Shown: positions 1-10,029, counted from the first letter of the stretch. The stretch is 64,000 nt of DNA from an uncultured virus (IMG/VR IMGVR_UViG_2724679122_000005) (IMGVR_UViG_2724679122_000005); one strand, 5' to 3'. A program made the numbers and translations. The notes: generated by a model not told the origin, from the sequence alone.

Positions 1-241
1 GGAGAAATCTAACAAAGATTTGAGGTCAGTCGAGTAAAATTATACCTGTTTTTCTATGGCTTCACCGAAATTTAAAAATTATTAAAAATTAGTCTTCTAA
101 TGTATTAGACCAAGTAAAAATAGTTTTGTTGTTAGGAGAAACTGTCTACATATAATTTTTTCTTTTTTACGTATTTACAGTATTTATTTACATTTAATCA
201 GGATAAGTATATTTAAAGATGAATATGAAAATGTGAAATCT

Positions 242-584
242 ATGAAGTTAAAAATTTTAACAATGATGTTATGTGTGGCATTGCTCAGCGCATGTACGAA
301 ACAGGCAGAATCTGAGGCACCTCAAATTGATTATAAAGCTCAATTTGAAGAGTCGGACCGAAAAATTGGTGAATTTTTAGATCAGTTAGATAATCCAAAT
401 ACCCCTCAAGAAGTTAAAGTTAAAATTTTATGTCATGACTATCCTGATGTGTATAAAAAACAATACACTGCCTGCATTAATAAAAGTTTCACCAAAACCG
501 TATACTGAAGAAAAATTATTGTCAGATTTGAAAAGTGCAACTGACTACTATAAAGGGACTTTGGGGATAAAATGTAATGAATAA
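242..584 (+). CDS. Putative lipoprotein (host side of att; one apparent homopolymer frameshift near 455-465)
   Basis: Lipobox LLSAC; a shifted frame continues to TAA at 582-584; span is 3n+1. Confidence 0.6.
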
Positions 585-691
585 TATTTGAATTAAATCA
601 CGTTAAAAATTTAAAAGTGTGAATTGATTGGCATTATTTAGTTGTGCTAAATTTCTTCTGTTAATTACTTCAACTTTTCTCTGGATTTGAA

Positions 692-805
692 ATGCAGATC
701 TTAAAATTTTTACAGAGTTTTAATACAGTCGGCACCTATTTAACACTTGCTTCCATCTTGCTTGTGGTCATGATCATTTATTTTTATGTAATTAATCCTG
801 GATGA
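692..805 (+). CDS. 37-aa single-TM small protein
   Basis: MQILKFLQSFNTVGTYLTLASILLVVMIIYFYVINPG, translated by hand. Confidence 0.4.
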   Translation: MQILKFLQSFNTVGTYLTLASILLVVMIIYFYVINPG

Positions 806-877
806 ACATTTTGAAAGGAATAGGTCTTCTCATCTATTACTTTTTTAAGAACGGAAGATGAATAATAGGATAGGGAT

Positions 878-1195
878 ATGAAATTTAAAATATTATTATT
901 AAGTTTTATTGCCACCGGTTGCTATGCTAATGAAAGTACAGCTGATCCGGATATTTGTAATATCGTAAAAAAGGTCGCTTATAACGTGATGGAAGCACGA
1001 CAGCAAAAAGTACCAGCACAAGATTTACAACAAATTGCCGATGGGCTAGCAGATGAAAAAGCCAAGCAGCTTTATCAAGACTTAATTAGCTCAGCTTATG
1101 CTGCCAAAGTATTTAAGACAAGTTTCTTTAAACGCCAAGCAATTGAAGATTTCCAAGCAGGATGGTATGAGGAATGTTTACGTAGAAATGAATAA
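878..1195 (+). CDS. Exported protein or lipoprotein
   Basis: Signal peptide ending IATGC; RBS-like AGGGA upstream. Confidence 0.7.
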   Translation: MKFKILLLSFIATGCYANESTADPDICNIVKKVAYNVMEARQQKVPAQDLQQIADGLADEKAKQLYQDLISSAYAAKVFKTSFFKRQAIEDFQAGWYEECLRRNE

Positions 1196-1330
1196 TAATT
1201 AAAAAAATAATGAGTATTTAATTTTTAAGAACAACTAATTAGTTAAGAGAATAAAAAATATACTGACAGGTCTGTCTAGGTATTTTAATTTGAAAATAAA
1301 ATTCGAATTTATAGGTATTTATTTAAAAAT

Positions 1331-1386
1331 AAATGCTCCGAAGATGCCGCTGCATGTCGTTACCCTTGAACCCTAAAGTTCAAGGT
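1331..1386 (-). ncRNA. ssrS: 3' fragment of 6S RNA, serving as prophage att core
   Basis: Reverse complement ACCTTGAACTTTAGGGTTCAAGGGTAACGACATGCAGCGGCATCTTCGGAGC resembles the E. coli 6S 3' end (CCTTGAACCAAGGGTTCAAGGG...GCGGCATCTCGGAG); the 5' part is not seen. Confidence 0.8.
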
Positions 1387-1518
1387 AATTTTGTAAATCT
1401 TTGCAACATTAGGCGACATTAAACAATATTATGCAACAATAAAAGCCTAAATAAATCATTATTTTAGTGATTATGCAACATTAAACAATATTATGCGCTA
1501 TTTGGCTTTTATGGTTGT

Positions 1519-1576
1519 GGCTACATACTGGCTACACGGCTACATTTTTAATTTTTTAGGCTACATCTTGGCTACA
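1519..1576 (+). repeat. 5x GGCTACA direct repeats (putative integrase arm sites)
   Basis: Copies at 1519, 1530, 1538, 1559, 1570, between att core and xis-like gene. Confidence 0.75.
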
Positions 1577-1599
1577 TTTACAGGCATTAAAAAAGCGGC

Positions 1600-1881
1600 T
1601 TATGAGCCGCTTACATTAGACGTATTAGTTCCTTTTCTTTTCTTTACATACTCAATAACGTCTGACTTGATGTAAAGAACTTTACGTGGACTGACTTTTG
1701 TATAGGGAATTCCACCACCATGGGTTCGCTTTTGCTGCAGAAGCGAAGTTGAAACATCCAGAACCACGGCGACCACTTCTGGCGGAAATGGCTCATCATT
1801 TGCAGCTTCCCAAAATTCTTTTTTAAGTGCAGATTTTTCCTCTGGAGTCATGCGGGCTAATTTATTTAAACGTTTCATCAT
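1600..1881 (-). CDS. Excisionase/AlpA-like HTH protein
   Basis: Small basic wHTH-type sequence (GGGIPYTKV..KVLYIKSDV); last gene of the left operon, next to att. Confidence 0.7.
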   Translation of the reverse strand: MMKRLNKLARMTPEEKSALKKEFWEAANDEPFPPEVVAVVLDVSTSLLQQKRTHGGGIPYTKVSPRKVLYIKSDVIEYVKKRKGTNTSNVSGS

Positions 1882-2231
1882 TACTCCTTACTTTCCGCTT
1901 TAACTTCTCGATCAAGACGCTCAATCTCCGCAATTAATAAAGCGGCTGCACGAACCAAATCTTGTCTTGGGCTTTTTGGTTTCCAGAAAGTATCAGCAAA
2001 AGGCCACCATCCTGCAGCATCCTCATCCATATACACTTCGGGGCCGAAATCTTTGCTGTTATAAACCCAACCTCTACTTACTACATGATCAACGTAACAA
2101 GATGCAGCTCGTGGCAATTCATTTGCTTCATAGAGATTATCAAATTCAGGTAAATACCCTTCTTTTATAATTTGGCGTTCTCTTTCATTAAGAACATCTT
2201 TGACAGCTTGACTGCTATATAATTCACTCAT
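1881..2231 (-). CDS. Phage early protein
   Basis: 116-aa ORF with WWPF..FWKP..PRQDLVRAAALLIAEIERLDR; coupled to neighbours. Confidence 0.75.
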   Translation of the reverse strand: MSELYSSQAVKDVLNERERQIIKEGYLPEFDNLYEANELPRAASCYVDHVVSRGWVYNSKDFGPEVYMDEDAAGWWPFADTFWKPKSPRQDLVRAAALLIAEIERLDREVKAESKE

Positions 2232-2557
2232 CCCTCAGCTCCCGATTCGCTTGCCACTTCAACCATCAAAGAATAAATAGGCGTGTAATGATCACGAGTC
2301 CCATCGCCCCAATGGAATCCACTATTTTCTAAACAGCTAACAACGCTGTCTGGAATCTCTTTCGGTACCAAACAGTAACCCTCTGGCACCGCCTGAGCTT
2401 TGGCTTTTTCTAGCTCTGCTCTAAGTTCATTAATTTCTGCCTGTTTTAATTCAGCACAAGCTTTCCACAAATCCCAATCTCTGCAGAAAAACTCTTCTTT
2501 CTCTATTCTGGCCTTTGCAGCCATGTAGAGCTCTCTTTCCTTATTCAAATCTGTCAT
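2228..2557 (-). CDS. Phage early (Ea-region-like) protein
   Basis: VPEGYCLVPKE motif; ATGA overlap. Confidence 0.7.
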   Translation of the reverse strand: MTDLNKERELYMAAKARIEKEEFFCRDWDLWKACAELKQAEINELRAELEKAKAQAVPEGYCLVPKEIPDSVVSCLENSGFHWGDGTRDHYTPIYSLMVEVASESGAEG

Positions 2558-2868
2558 GCTGCCACCTCAAAGCCTTGAGCTTTTAAAAACTATTGAATTG
2601 ACTTGATAATATTTTTCAGCCAATTACGTTCTTGATGTGCTCGTGTTCTTGCCAGTGAAGTAACCAAGTATTCGATGTTATCCATCAACAAAAATCTTTC
2701 TACTTCCTCAACCCAGTGAGCACCCCAGTAGGCTGTCCATGCCTTATCCCAACAACGAATAACTACTTGAGATCTATGTTCACCGTACCAAGTTATAAAC
2801 AAATCAATCGGATCGATGTTGTTTTGAGAAGGGATGCGATAAATCCTTGTTTCTTTAATTTCCATCAT
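2554..2868 (-). CDS. Phage hypothetical protein with in-frame TAG at 2590-2592
   Basis: Frame stays open past TAG to FEVAA-TGA, which overlaps the next start. Confidence 0.6.
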
Positions 2869-2878
2869 GTCGATTTCC

Positions 2879-3148
2879 TTAGCTCGGTCTTTTATTGAAT
2901 TTGTCGAGCGTTGCCATGAACTGATCAACACTGAATTGAATTGTTTTCTTGGCATTGTGCGGTTCAAATTGAGCTGCATATAAAGCCATACCAAGCCACA
3001 TTACTGAGAATGTGAAAATCTTTGCCGAGTCTTTATCTTGGCTATTCATTTCATCAACCATTGGCTCAATAATTTTCTGAAATACTTCCGTAGCGATTTG
3101 GTCGGACGTTCCGCTAATTATGTTTAATTCGATTTTTTTCATGATCAC
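2879..3148 (-). CDS. Phage hypothetical protein
   Basis: 89-aa ORF in operon. Confidence 0.65.
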   Translation of the reverse strand: MIMKKIELNIISGTSDQIATEVFQKIIEPMVDEMNSQDKDSAKIFTFSVMWLGMALYAAQFEPHNAKKTIQFSVDQFMATLDKFNKRPS

Positions 3149-3383
3149 GCCTTTAAATGATTTTCAAATTCTTTATAAAGTTGGGTAGCTGCTTTATTCA
3201 TTTTTCCGTCATACATGATGTGTACGTTTCTAGGAAAAAGTTTGCTGACTGTGGCGCAATAAAACTCCATACGCCCACATGGTCTAACAATTCCGCGATA
3301 CCCAATCTTTGTAAGCCACAATAAAAAACGCCTTAAAAAAGAACCTCCCTAGAGAGGTCGGCGTAATTAACGCCGTCCGTCAT
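3145..3383 (-). CDS. Phage protein, homolog of 7949-8200 (frameshifted in homopolymer)
   Basis: C-terminus NKAATQLYKEF versus NKPAQQLYKEF. Confidence 0.55.
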
Positions 3384-3784
3384 TTTTAAAACCTTCCGTA
3401 AGTGTTTTAGAGATGGCTGCATTCGCAGGAGCTAAATGATTTGTGTTGATTTCTTGCGTCTCTGGGACGACCTCTAGGTGTGTAATATTATTTTTCAGCT
3501 CATCAAGTTGGTATTGACCACCAGTTAATTGAGCAAGTTCACCGTTGTGATAATCCTGAGACAGATCTGCATGTGTTTTGGCAATATCAATCAAGCGAAA
3601 AGTTTTATCAAAAGCAAACTTACTTAAGTTATGGTCCTTAAGTTTTTCAACAAGACTTAGCTCAATTGCAGAGAGTAGGGCGTTTTATATCGCCCATATC
3701 ATTTTTCGCTTCGCTACGCGCCGCAATAAGGTCATCCACAGTCACGCTTTTGTTTTCTGGAAAAAGTTGTGAACTAGTACGCAT
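3367..3784 (-). CDS. Phage hypothetical protein (frameshift near 3685)
   Basis: ATG at 3784 (MRTSSQLFPEN) joins ORF 3367-3594 after a shift. Confidence 0.55.
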
Positions 3785-3786
3785 GA

Positions 3787-4518
3787 TTATTCCCCTTTAT
3801 TTTTAAGTGAAGCTAAGCGCTCTTTGTGAGCATCGATTAGAGCTTGATAGCAATCACTAGTACGGCCATCTAAAGCCATTAAATCTTCAGTGGACACAAC
3901 GCCTGAGTGAATCTCAACTTTGCGACCAGGACATGTTTTGGAAAAATACTGTTTTGCACTAATGGCATCTAACAAATCAATAAACCACTCCGATGACATA
4001 GAGATGCCTTGGTCAGACTCATCTAATGCTGTAGCCATGTAATAGTGACAAGCACTTTCAGTGTTTTGAGTTTCTTGCCAACGCAATGTTTCATCATAAT
4101 TTGGTACAAGTTTTACCAACTCTTCATGAGACATTTTCTGAACTTGAAGATTTATTAGTCGGTACTCATGAAAATTGAGCCAAACTCGCTCCCACATTGG
4201 CGCCTCTTCGTCTTCAAAATTTAAAGCAGAGGTGGCAAAAGCGCCTGCAGTAATGTAGTAATCCACTTCTGGATTTGAGCTTTTTAAGCTTTCTAGCTTT
4301 CTTTCTGCTTGATCAAGATGAAAGAACGGACGGTTAATAATTCCAAATGGGTAAATTTCTTTACCAGTAATTTGAATTGAAAGGTAATGGCATAAGCTTT
4401 CATCTGCCATCCATGCATCAAGCTGAGAAAGTAGTTTTTCAGCAGGCTTGTTTTTATTAGTAGAACGGAGATGCGAATTAGCGCCGACTTGTTGACTAAT
4501 ATCTGTGATTTGGTTCAT
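3787..4518 (-). CDS. Phage hypothetical protein, first gene of the pL operon
   Basis: 243-aa ORF. Confidence 0.75.
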   Translation of the reverse strand: MNQITDISQQVGANSHLRSTNKNKPAEKLLSQLDAWMADESLCHYLSIQITGKEIYPFGIINRPFFHLDQAERKLESLKSSNPEVDYYITAGAFATSALNFEDEEAPMWERVWLNFHEYRLINLQVQKMSHEELVKLVPNYDETLRWQETQNTESACHYYMATALDESDQGISMSSEWFIDLLDAISAKQYFSKTCPGRKVEIHSGVVSTEDLMALDGRTSDCYQALIDAHKERLASLKNKGE

Positions 4519-4630
4519 AATGTGACCACCAAAAAGTTACTTGTCCCGATCCTCGACCAAAATTTTCAGGACAAAAATTTATCTTAAAATACCAGAGCAT
4601 TGACTCTGGGTTTCGTGTTTATAAAATGAA

Positions 4631-4705
4631 TCAATCATTTTGTGTAATTTAAGATAAATCATTTTGTTTAAACTAGTCAAGATAATTTTAAATCATTTTG
4701 ATTAA
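4631..4705. promoter_or_regulatory. OL operators, type 1 (17-bp, TAAATCA-N3-TGATTTA-like)
   Basis: Sites at 4631, 4655, 4689. Confidence 0.7.
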
Positions 4706-4720
4706 TTATTTTTAGTTAAT

Positions 4721-4756
4721 AAAAAAGCCCGCTTTTTTGAATAGCGGGCTTTTTTT
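4721..4756. terminator. Bidirectional intrinsic terminator after cI
   Basis: AAAAAAGCCCGCT...AGCGGGCTTTTTTT. Confidence 0.8.
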
Positions 4757-4768
4757 ATTTTATTTTTC

Positions 4769-5461
4769 TTAATCTAAATATATATTCTGCATGGGTTGAA
4801 CTGGATACTCATACACATGCTTACTTGGCGGGATGATATCAGATACCGCAACAATTGCAGACACATCCTCCATATCAATAGTCATCCTTGCCTCGCCATT
4901 TACAGCTAAAAGATGAAGTACATTATTAACGATCCCAATAAATTCTTTAATGGTTCGTCTACCATCTTTCAGTTGAACCTCTACAAATTCTGTAGGTGTT
5001 GGCTCTGCATCTGGATCACAAACCACATACCAACCATTACGAATAGCAGGATACATTGAATCACCTGTACCTTTTACAGCGTAAGCATTTGGCCCTGCTG
5101 TAAGAGAAGGTACATAGCCGTCCCCACCATTACCTAAATATCCCATTTCAGTGTAATAGCCGTCCATTCCCATCTTTGAGTATGACTTCACAGGAACCCA
5201 ACCACCTCGTTTAGTATCTGTGGTGATTTTTTCATTTCTAACACTATCAATGGATGGTGAACCCTTTCCAGTAAGAATCCAGCCGAGATCAATATTAAAT
5301 TTATTGGATACTTTGAAAGCACCAGTTTTTGAAATACCTCGGCGCTCCCAATTGTAAACAATTTGAGGAGTCTCATCTAAGGCGTAAGCCAAATCGGCCC
5401 CAGTGATTTTTGTGACTTGGTAGACGCGTTCCATTGTTGGGTGAATTTGCTTCTTTTCCAT
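4769..5461 (-). CDS. cI: CI-like repressor (HTH + S24 peptidase), type 1
   Basis: N-terminal HTH, GDSMYP serine motif, TIKE lysine; divergent from cro; likely start MEKKQ at 5461. Confidence 0.9.
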   Translation of the reverse strand: MEKKQIHPTMERVYQVTKITGADLAYALDETPQIVYNWERRGISKTGAFKVSNKFNIDLGWILTGKGSPSIDSVRNEKITTDTKRGGWVPVKSYSKMGMDGYYTEMGYLGNGGDGYVPSLTAGPNAYAVKGTGDSMYPAIRNGWYVVCDPDAEPTPTEFVEVQLKDGRRTIKEFIGIVNNVLHLLAVNGEARMTIDMEDVSAIVAVSDIIPPSKHVYEYPVQPMQNIYLD

Positions 5462-5501
5462 GACTCTCTCGGCAAGGCTTAGAATTAATTGCTGCAAATA
5501 A

Positions 5502-5576
5502 TAACACATTTTGTGTAAATCAAAATGATTGAATGATTTTTTTGTTTGTGTATACTGAATCAATCAAAATGATTTA
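5502..5576. promoter_or_regulatory. OR operators, type 1
   Basis: Same 17-bp motif at 5502, 5516, 5560. Confidence 0.7.
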
Positions 5577-5589
5577 TTTCGAGGTGCTA

Positions 5590-5775
5590 ATGAGTAGTGT
5601 CCAAAAAGATGCTGAGCTTATCGACAAGCACGGAGGTGCTACTGCACTGGCTCAAACCTTGGGCTACAACGTTCAGCGTGTTCAAAACTGGAAAATTAGA
5701 GGCATTCCCGCTAAGGAAAGACTTAAACACCCTGAATTACTCTTAGTCGATTTTATTCCAACACCAAAGAAATAA
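5590..5775 (+). CDS. cro: Cro-like protein
   Basis: GGATALAQTLG..QRVQNWKIRGIP; GAGGTG RBS. Confidence 0.85.
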   Translation: MSSVQKDAELIDKHGGATALAQTLGYNVQRVQNWKIRGIPAKERLKHPELLLVDFIPTPKK

Positions 5776-5833
5776 AAACCGCCATCTGCTGTAACAGATA
5801 GCGGTTTGAATATCGTATTTGGAGCAAACCAAA

Positions 5834-6130
5834 ATGAATGAACAAATCTTAGCACAAAATTCAATCTGTGCAAGCCCATATGATGATGAGGATCAAGTCC
5901 TTACTCAATGGCAAATTGACCATGATGCTTATGTTGAAACGATTGATGCTTATAGAAAAGCACATAAGGATCTTGAAAAAGCTTTAGGAATTAAGAAGGA
6001 CTTTGACAAAACTTCTCATAGCGCAAAGGAAATCATTGAAGACTTGCGAAAGAACGGGCACTTGTACGCACTAATTAACCGCTTTGAAGATGCCGTAATC
6101 AACCGTCTAAGAGCAAAGGATAAGTTGTAA
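5834..6130 (+). CDS. Phage hypothetical protein
   Basis: ORF between cro and the replication gene. Confidence 0.65.
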   Translation: MNEQILAQNSICASPYDDEDQVLTQWQIDHDAYVETIDAYRKAHKDLEKALGIKKDFDKTSHSAKEIIEDLRKNGHLYALINRFEDAVINRLRAKDKL

Positions 6131-6241
6131 TGCATTACTACGAGCGAAATATAGGCGACTATTACCGCAAGGCTGGAAGATTAAATATTTTGCAGCATGG
6201 GGTTTATAACTTGCTCATGGATGCCTGTTACGACCGTGAAT
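6130..6241 (+). CDS. Replication protein, YdaU/DUF1376-like (5' end, cut by gap)
   Basis: MHYYERNIGDY..HGVYNLLMDACY. Confidence 0.75.
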
Positions 6242-6458
6242 NNNNNNNNNNNNNNNNNNNNNNNNNNNNNNNNNNNNNNNNNNNNNNNNNNNNNNNNNNN
6301 NNNNNNNNNNNNNNNNNNNNNNNNNNNNNNNNNNNNNNNNNTTTTAAGAAGGCAGAACCCTGATAGGATAAGGGTTCTGTGAAATTTGTCGTGTACAGAG
6401 TAATTTATATTAAAGCAATACAATGCAATATTACACAATCTTTAGCAATACAAAAATA

Positions 6459-6525
6459 GTCTATTAATGGTCTATTTTGATAAATACGGTCTATTTTTCA
6501 AGTTTAAGTCTATTAAAGGTCTATT
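6459..6525 (+). repeat. 5x GTCTATT direct repeats (putative integrase arm sites)
   Basis: Copies at 6459, 6470, 6489, 6508, 6519. Confidence 0.75.
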
Positions 6526-6556
6526 TTTGGTGATTAAAAAAGCGGCACTTAGCCGC

Positions 6557-6820
6557 TTATGCTGTATGTGCCATTTTGTTTTGTTCAATATAAGCCAAAA
6601 CATCAGACTTCATATAATTTACTTGTCGTTTATGAGGTTTAGAGAATGGAATGCCGCCACCTTCACATCTTTTCTTCTGCAACCACGGTAAGGATACGTG
6701 CATAACAATAGCTACTGTTTCAGGTGGAAAAGTTTGATTATCAGCAGCTTCCCAAAATTCCTTCTTAGCAGCCTCTTTTTCTGCATGAGTCATACGATCT
6801 AATTTAGTTAAACGTGACAT
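6557..6820 (-). CDS. Excisionase/AlpA-like HTH protein, homolog of 1600-1881
   Basis: Shared KKEFWEAA, FPPE.VA and GGGIP motifs. Confidence 0.7.
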   Translation of the reverse strand: MSRLTKLDRMTHAEKEAAKKEFWEAADNQTFPPETVAIVMHVSLPWLQKKRCEGGGIPFSKPHKRQVNYMKSDVLAYIEQNKMAHTA

Positions 6821-7543
6821 TTATTTCTCCTTACTTTCCGCTTTAGGATTTGCCCACCAAAGTACAGGGCCATCTTCTGAATCAAATGCTGCAATTAAAA
6901 AGAGTCCTTGTTCTGGCGGTTCTGGCTTCCAGTTTGGCCAAACTACTGCATCTTCCGGTATATTTGGTATTTCATCGTAATCTAATAGTTGAGTTTCAAT
7001 TTCAACTCTAAGATTCATTTGAAGTTGTGCCCACTGTTCTCTTGTATAGGCTTCAGCTCCTTCTTCAATGGTGTCAAACAATTCAATATCTGGATGAAAC
7101 CAATTGAAAAGGTTTTCAGGTGGTTCTATTGGCTGGATCTGATATTTAAAACCCGTCTCACTAGATCCATAAAATAGTTTTGCTTCATCAAAGCTTTTGG
7201 TTACAAGAGGGGCAGAGCCTTTCTTGTAGCAAATTACTATTTCATCAAATTTAAAAACACGTTCAGCTGTCTTCAAATCAAAGCATTGGTACATAGGTTC
7301 ACTAAACCAACTCTCAACATAAAATAGATTTTTAATATGATCTTTGCGGGAACCGTGCCATTTCTGAACTTTGATAACATCATCAAAAATTTCTAAGAAA
7401 AAGTTGTTGCCTTCCTTTTCATGCATTTTTCTATAACGCTCAACAGCTCGCTCAGCTATCTCTTTTGAAGCTGCTGGCGTTTGCTTAAAAGGGCTGTAAC
7501 CTTCAGGTCGCATTGCAACCGCCCATAAAGTTGATTCACTCAT
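6821..7543 (-). CDS. Phage early protein
   Basis: 240-aa ORF; C-terminus KAESKE shared with 1881-2231. Confidence 0.75.
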   Translation of the reverse strand: MSESTLWAVAMRPEGYSPFKQTPAASKEIAERAVERYRKMHEKEGNNFFLEIFDDVIKVQKWHGSRKDHIKNLFYVESWFSEPMYQCFDLKTAERVFKFDEIVICYKKGSAPLVTKSFDEAKLFYGSSETGFKYQIQPIEPPENLFNWFHPDIELFDTIEEGAEAYTREQWAQLQMNLRVEIETQLLDYDEIPNIPEDAVVWPNWKPEPPEQGLFLIAAFDSEDGPVLWWANPKAESKEK

Positions 7544-7948
7544 CCTTCAGCTCCCGATTCGCTAACACCCAACTTAATGCAACCTTCCTCAGGTAAATCA
7601 GCATACCAACAGTAGTATCCTTCACCGTCATAACCATCTTGGAGCCATTTGATGGTCATTTCAGTTTCCATCTGGAATTGATCTTTTTCCCCATCTGGCG
7701 CACCAAAATCAAAGGCTTCTTTTAGTTCAGCGCAAGTTAGAGTGACACTAGGGGTGGGAGTATCTGGCACCGTCTCGGCTTTGGCTTTATTCCATAACTG
7801 CCAAGCATCATTAGTTACAATATTGAAATAGCCATTCATTGTTTCACTGAATGCTAGGATGTCATTTTTACGAATAGCACTTTCACGTTTAAAAAATTTC
7901 TGTAGTTTTGAATTGTGATTCAAAAGGGATACGTTCATTACCTGTCAT
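7540..7948 (-). CDS. Phage early protein (5' homopolymer frameshift)
   Basis: ORF 7540-7938 plus ATG at 7948; C-terminus SESGAEG shared with 2228-2557. Confidence 0.65.
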
Positions 7949-8200
7949 TTAAGCCACCATCTCTGCATATTCTTCTTTAGTCCATTCAACAAACTCTTTA
8001 TAAAGCTGCTGCGCGGGTTTATTTAACCGGTTGTGATAGTCGATCGTTATGCGGCGCCAAGCGACTGGTACCGCATAATGCTTGGTTAGAAACATCGCTT
8101 GATCCATGCCTTGCCGGACTATTACGTAGCCCAGCAATTGCAAGTAGTACATAAAACCAAGCATGTGTTTTTGGCTCACTTTCTTGTACTGATCTTTCAT
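7949..8200 (-). CDS. Phage hypothetical protein
   Basis: 83-aa ORF. Confidence 0.7.
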   Translation of the reverse strand: MKDQYKKVSQKHMLGFMYYLQLLGYVIVRQGMDQAMFLTKHYAVPVAWRRITIDYHNRLNKPAQQLYKEFVEWTKEEYAEMVA

Positions 8201-8201
8201 A

Positions 8202-9019
8202 TTAGAAACCGTCTCCTAATAAATAATCAGGCTCAGCCTCTTGAAGTGGCGTAGATGTAGGGTTCTCTAATTCAAAGCGGCGTTTCTTAACAAAGTCCAT
8301 GAGTCGTGATTGAATCTGTGGATCTCGTGCGGCCACATCTATTTCCAAAGCATCTAATGTTGTGAGATCGGGCGCGTTTTGGATCTGGACCATTAGTGAA
8401 GGTGGTTCAGTTGCTTGCGCCTTAGATTTTTCGAGCTCTTCAAGACGTTTGTGAGTTGCAAGTAGCAAAGGCTCCATTTGTTTATCAGACCAAGTGCGTG
8501 TATATCGATAAACTGCATTTACTTCGTCTGGTGTTTTTGAGTCCTTAACTCGTTGCAGCAGGGTATCAAGTTTCTTCTGATATTCTGAATCAGCGGTTTC
8601 TGATTCAATAGCCGGCTCAGCTGTTTGTGCTTTTTCTACAACCTCTGGTTTTGAATTTTTAACTTTTAGAGATTCCGCATGACTTTCTGAAGGCTTTTCT
8701 TCTTCGACTTCTTCAGTAGGCTTATTTAGAAGTTTTAGAATGTCTTCCGCAAACTCACCACCGCTGATTTTAATAATCGCGCAGCAATGAGCAAATGCAT
8801 TATCAAAACTTGAGTGAACTTGGCCATGCTGGAGCATGCGCAATTGTCCTTTAGATCCATTCCACTTAAACTGCTGCACACCTAATTCAACAGTTGGGCT
8901 AGGGTAAGAGCAAGTAGAACCTTTTTCTGGCGCAACTCTTAATGGTTCTGGTACCTCAAATTCACCAATAAAAATAGTTCTAGGCTTTAATTGAAATTCG
9001 AATTTATCAAAAACATCAA
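8202..9019 (-). CDS. Phage protein (5' end in gap)
   Basis: ORF 8202-8879 and upstream coding-like sequence running to the gap. Confidence 0.65.
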
Positions 9020-9125
9020 NNNNNNNNNNNNNNNNNNNNNNNNNNNNNNNNNNNNNNNNNNNNNNNNNNNNNNNNNNNNNNNNNNNNNNNNNNNNNNNNN
9101 NNNNNNNNNNNNNNNNNNNTTATCC

Positions 9126-9449
9126 TTATCTTGAGCCAGTGAAGCCGCGCTTAGTTTTATAAGCTTTGCGGTCATAGGTAGGGATGTTTGTTTCACGCAG
9201 TTTTATAGCGAGCTGCTTTCTGCGCTGAAAATCGATTTCTTGGGTGAGTTCATTCCAAACTTTTGGATAAGAAGTTTGGAACCTGAACACATTTAAAGGC
9301 GTCTTAACTCCGTCTTTAACTTTGTAAAGAACTGAGCCATTAGCATTAGATGCGTACACTTGCCAGCCAATGCGAACAGAGTAGAGGCCCTTATCATCAC
9401 GGCCTAAAAATGACATGTAGCCATCAGGGTGCTTTTTGAAATTAGTCAT
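9126..9449 (-). CDS. Conserved phage early protein (copies at 16585-16721 and 23269-23592)
   Basis: Near-identical paralogs. Confidence 0.75.
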   Translation of the reverse strand: MTNFKKHPDGYMSFLGRDDKGLYSVRIGWQVYASNANGSVLYKVKDGVKTPLNVFRFQTSYPKVWNELTQEIDFQRRKQLAIKLRETNIPTYDRKAYKTKRGFTGSR

Positions 9450-9451
9450 CT

Positions 9452-9892
9452 TTAAGCCTCCACCAACTTGTTACGTTCGATGAAGCCTTTTAGAAGACCA
9501 TTGATGTTTCGGATGTCTTCAAATTCGGTGAAATCGTTATATGACTTACCATTAATGTCAGTGATTTCATTTACAGTGAGTTGGGTAATATCAACAGCGG
9601 TGAATTCAGAACCTGGAACGCCGTAGCTGTCTGGATAGGCTTCAAAATCAAAGCTAACGTTTAAACGGAAGCTATCTAATTTGATGACGGCAACGCCAGA
9701 ATCTTTACCTGTGATTTTCGCGGTTAACACACCGTAAGTACTTGGTTGAATTTTAGGTGTAAAAAGAGTAGGTACTTCTTTTGTTTGGAAAGCTGGCTGC
9801 AATTGGCAAGCAACTAAAGAACCACCAGAAATTGCAAGAGCAGCCATGCTGACAAATGCAAATGAGTTGAAAGGAGGAGCTTTTACGTTCAT
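9452..9892 (-). CDS. First pL-operon gene; lipoprotein-like (copies at 17004 and 23585)
   Basis: Hydrophobic N-terminus ending SLVAC; three copies in window. Confidence 0.75.
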   Translation of the reverse strand: MNVKAPPFNSFAFVSMAALAISGGSLVACQLQPAFQTKEVPTLFTPKIQPSTYGVLTAKITGKDSGVAVIKLDSFRLNVSFDFEAYPDSYGVPGSEFTAVDITQLTVNEITDINGKSYNDFTEFEDIRNINGLLKGFIERNKLVEA

Positions 9893-9970
9893 AATTGATC
9901 TCGCAGTTTTGCAAAAGCACATCGGACCTGGGGAGGGGCGGTGTGCTTTTTTGTTGTCTGTGAGATAAAT

Positions 9971-10029
9971 ATCGCATTTCCGATATTATTAGTCAATAGG
10001 TAATCCGATATTTTTATAGAAAATCCGAT
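9971..10029. promoter_or_regulatory. OL operators, type 2 (ATMG-N6-CGAT, 14 bp)
   Basis: Sites at 9971, 9996, 10016. Confidence 0.75.

Larger units (their letters stand above)
1331..6241. mobile_element. Prophage fragment A (att, xis-like gene, early left genes, immunity type 1, start of replication gene)
   Basis: Gene order and content. Confidence 0.9.
6342..9019. mobile_element. Prophage fragment B (att arm, xis-like gene, early left genes)
   Basis: Gene order parallels fragment A. Confidence 0.85.

Noticed and set aside
1493..1675. 60-aa ORF over the GGCTACA repeats (also 6467-6691)
   Set aside because: Shadow ORFs over att arm sites, antisense to the xis-like genes.
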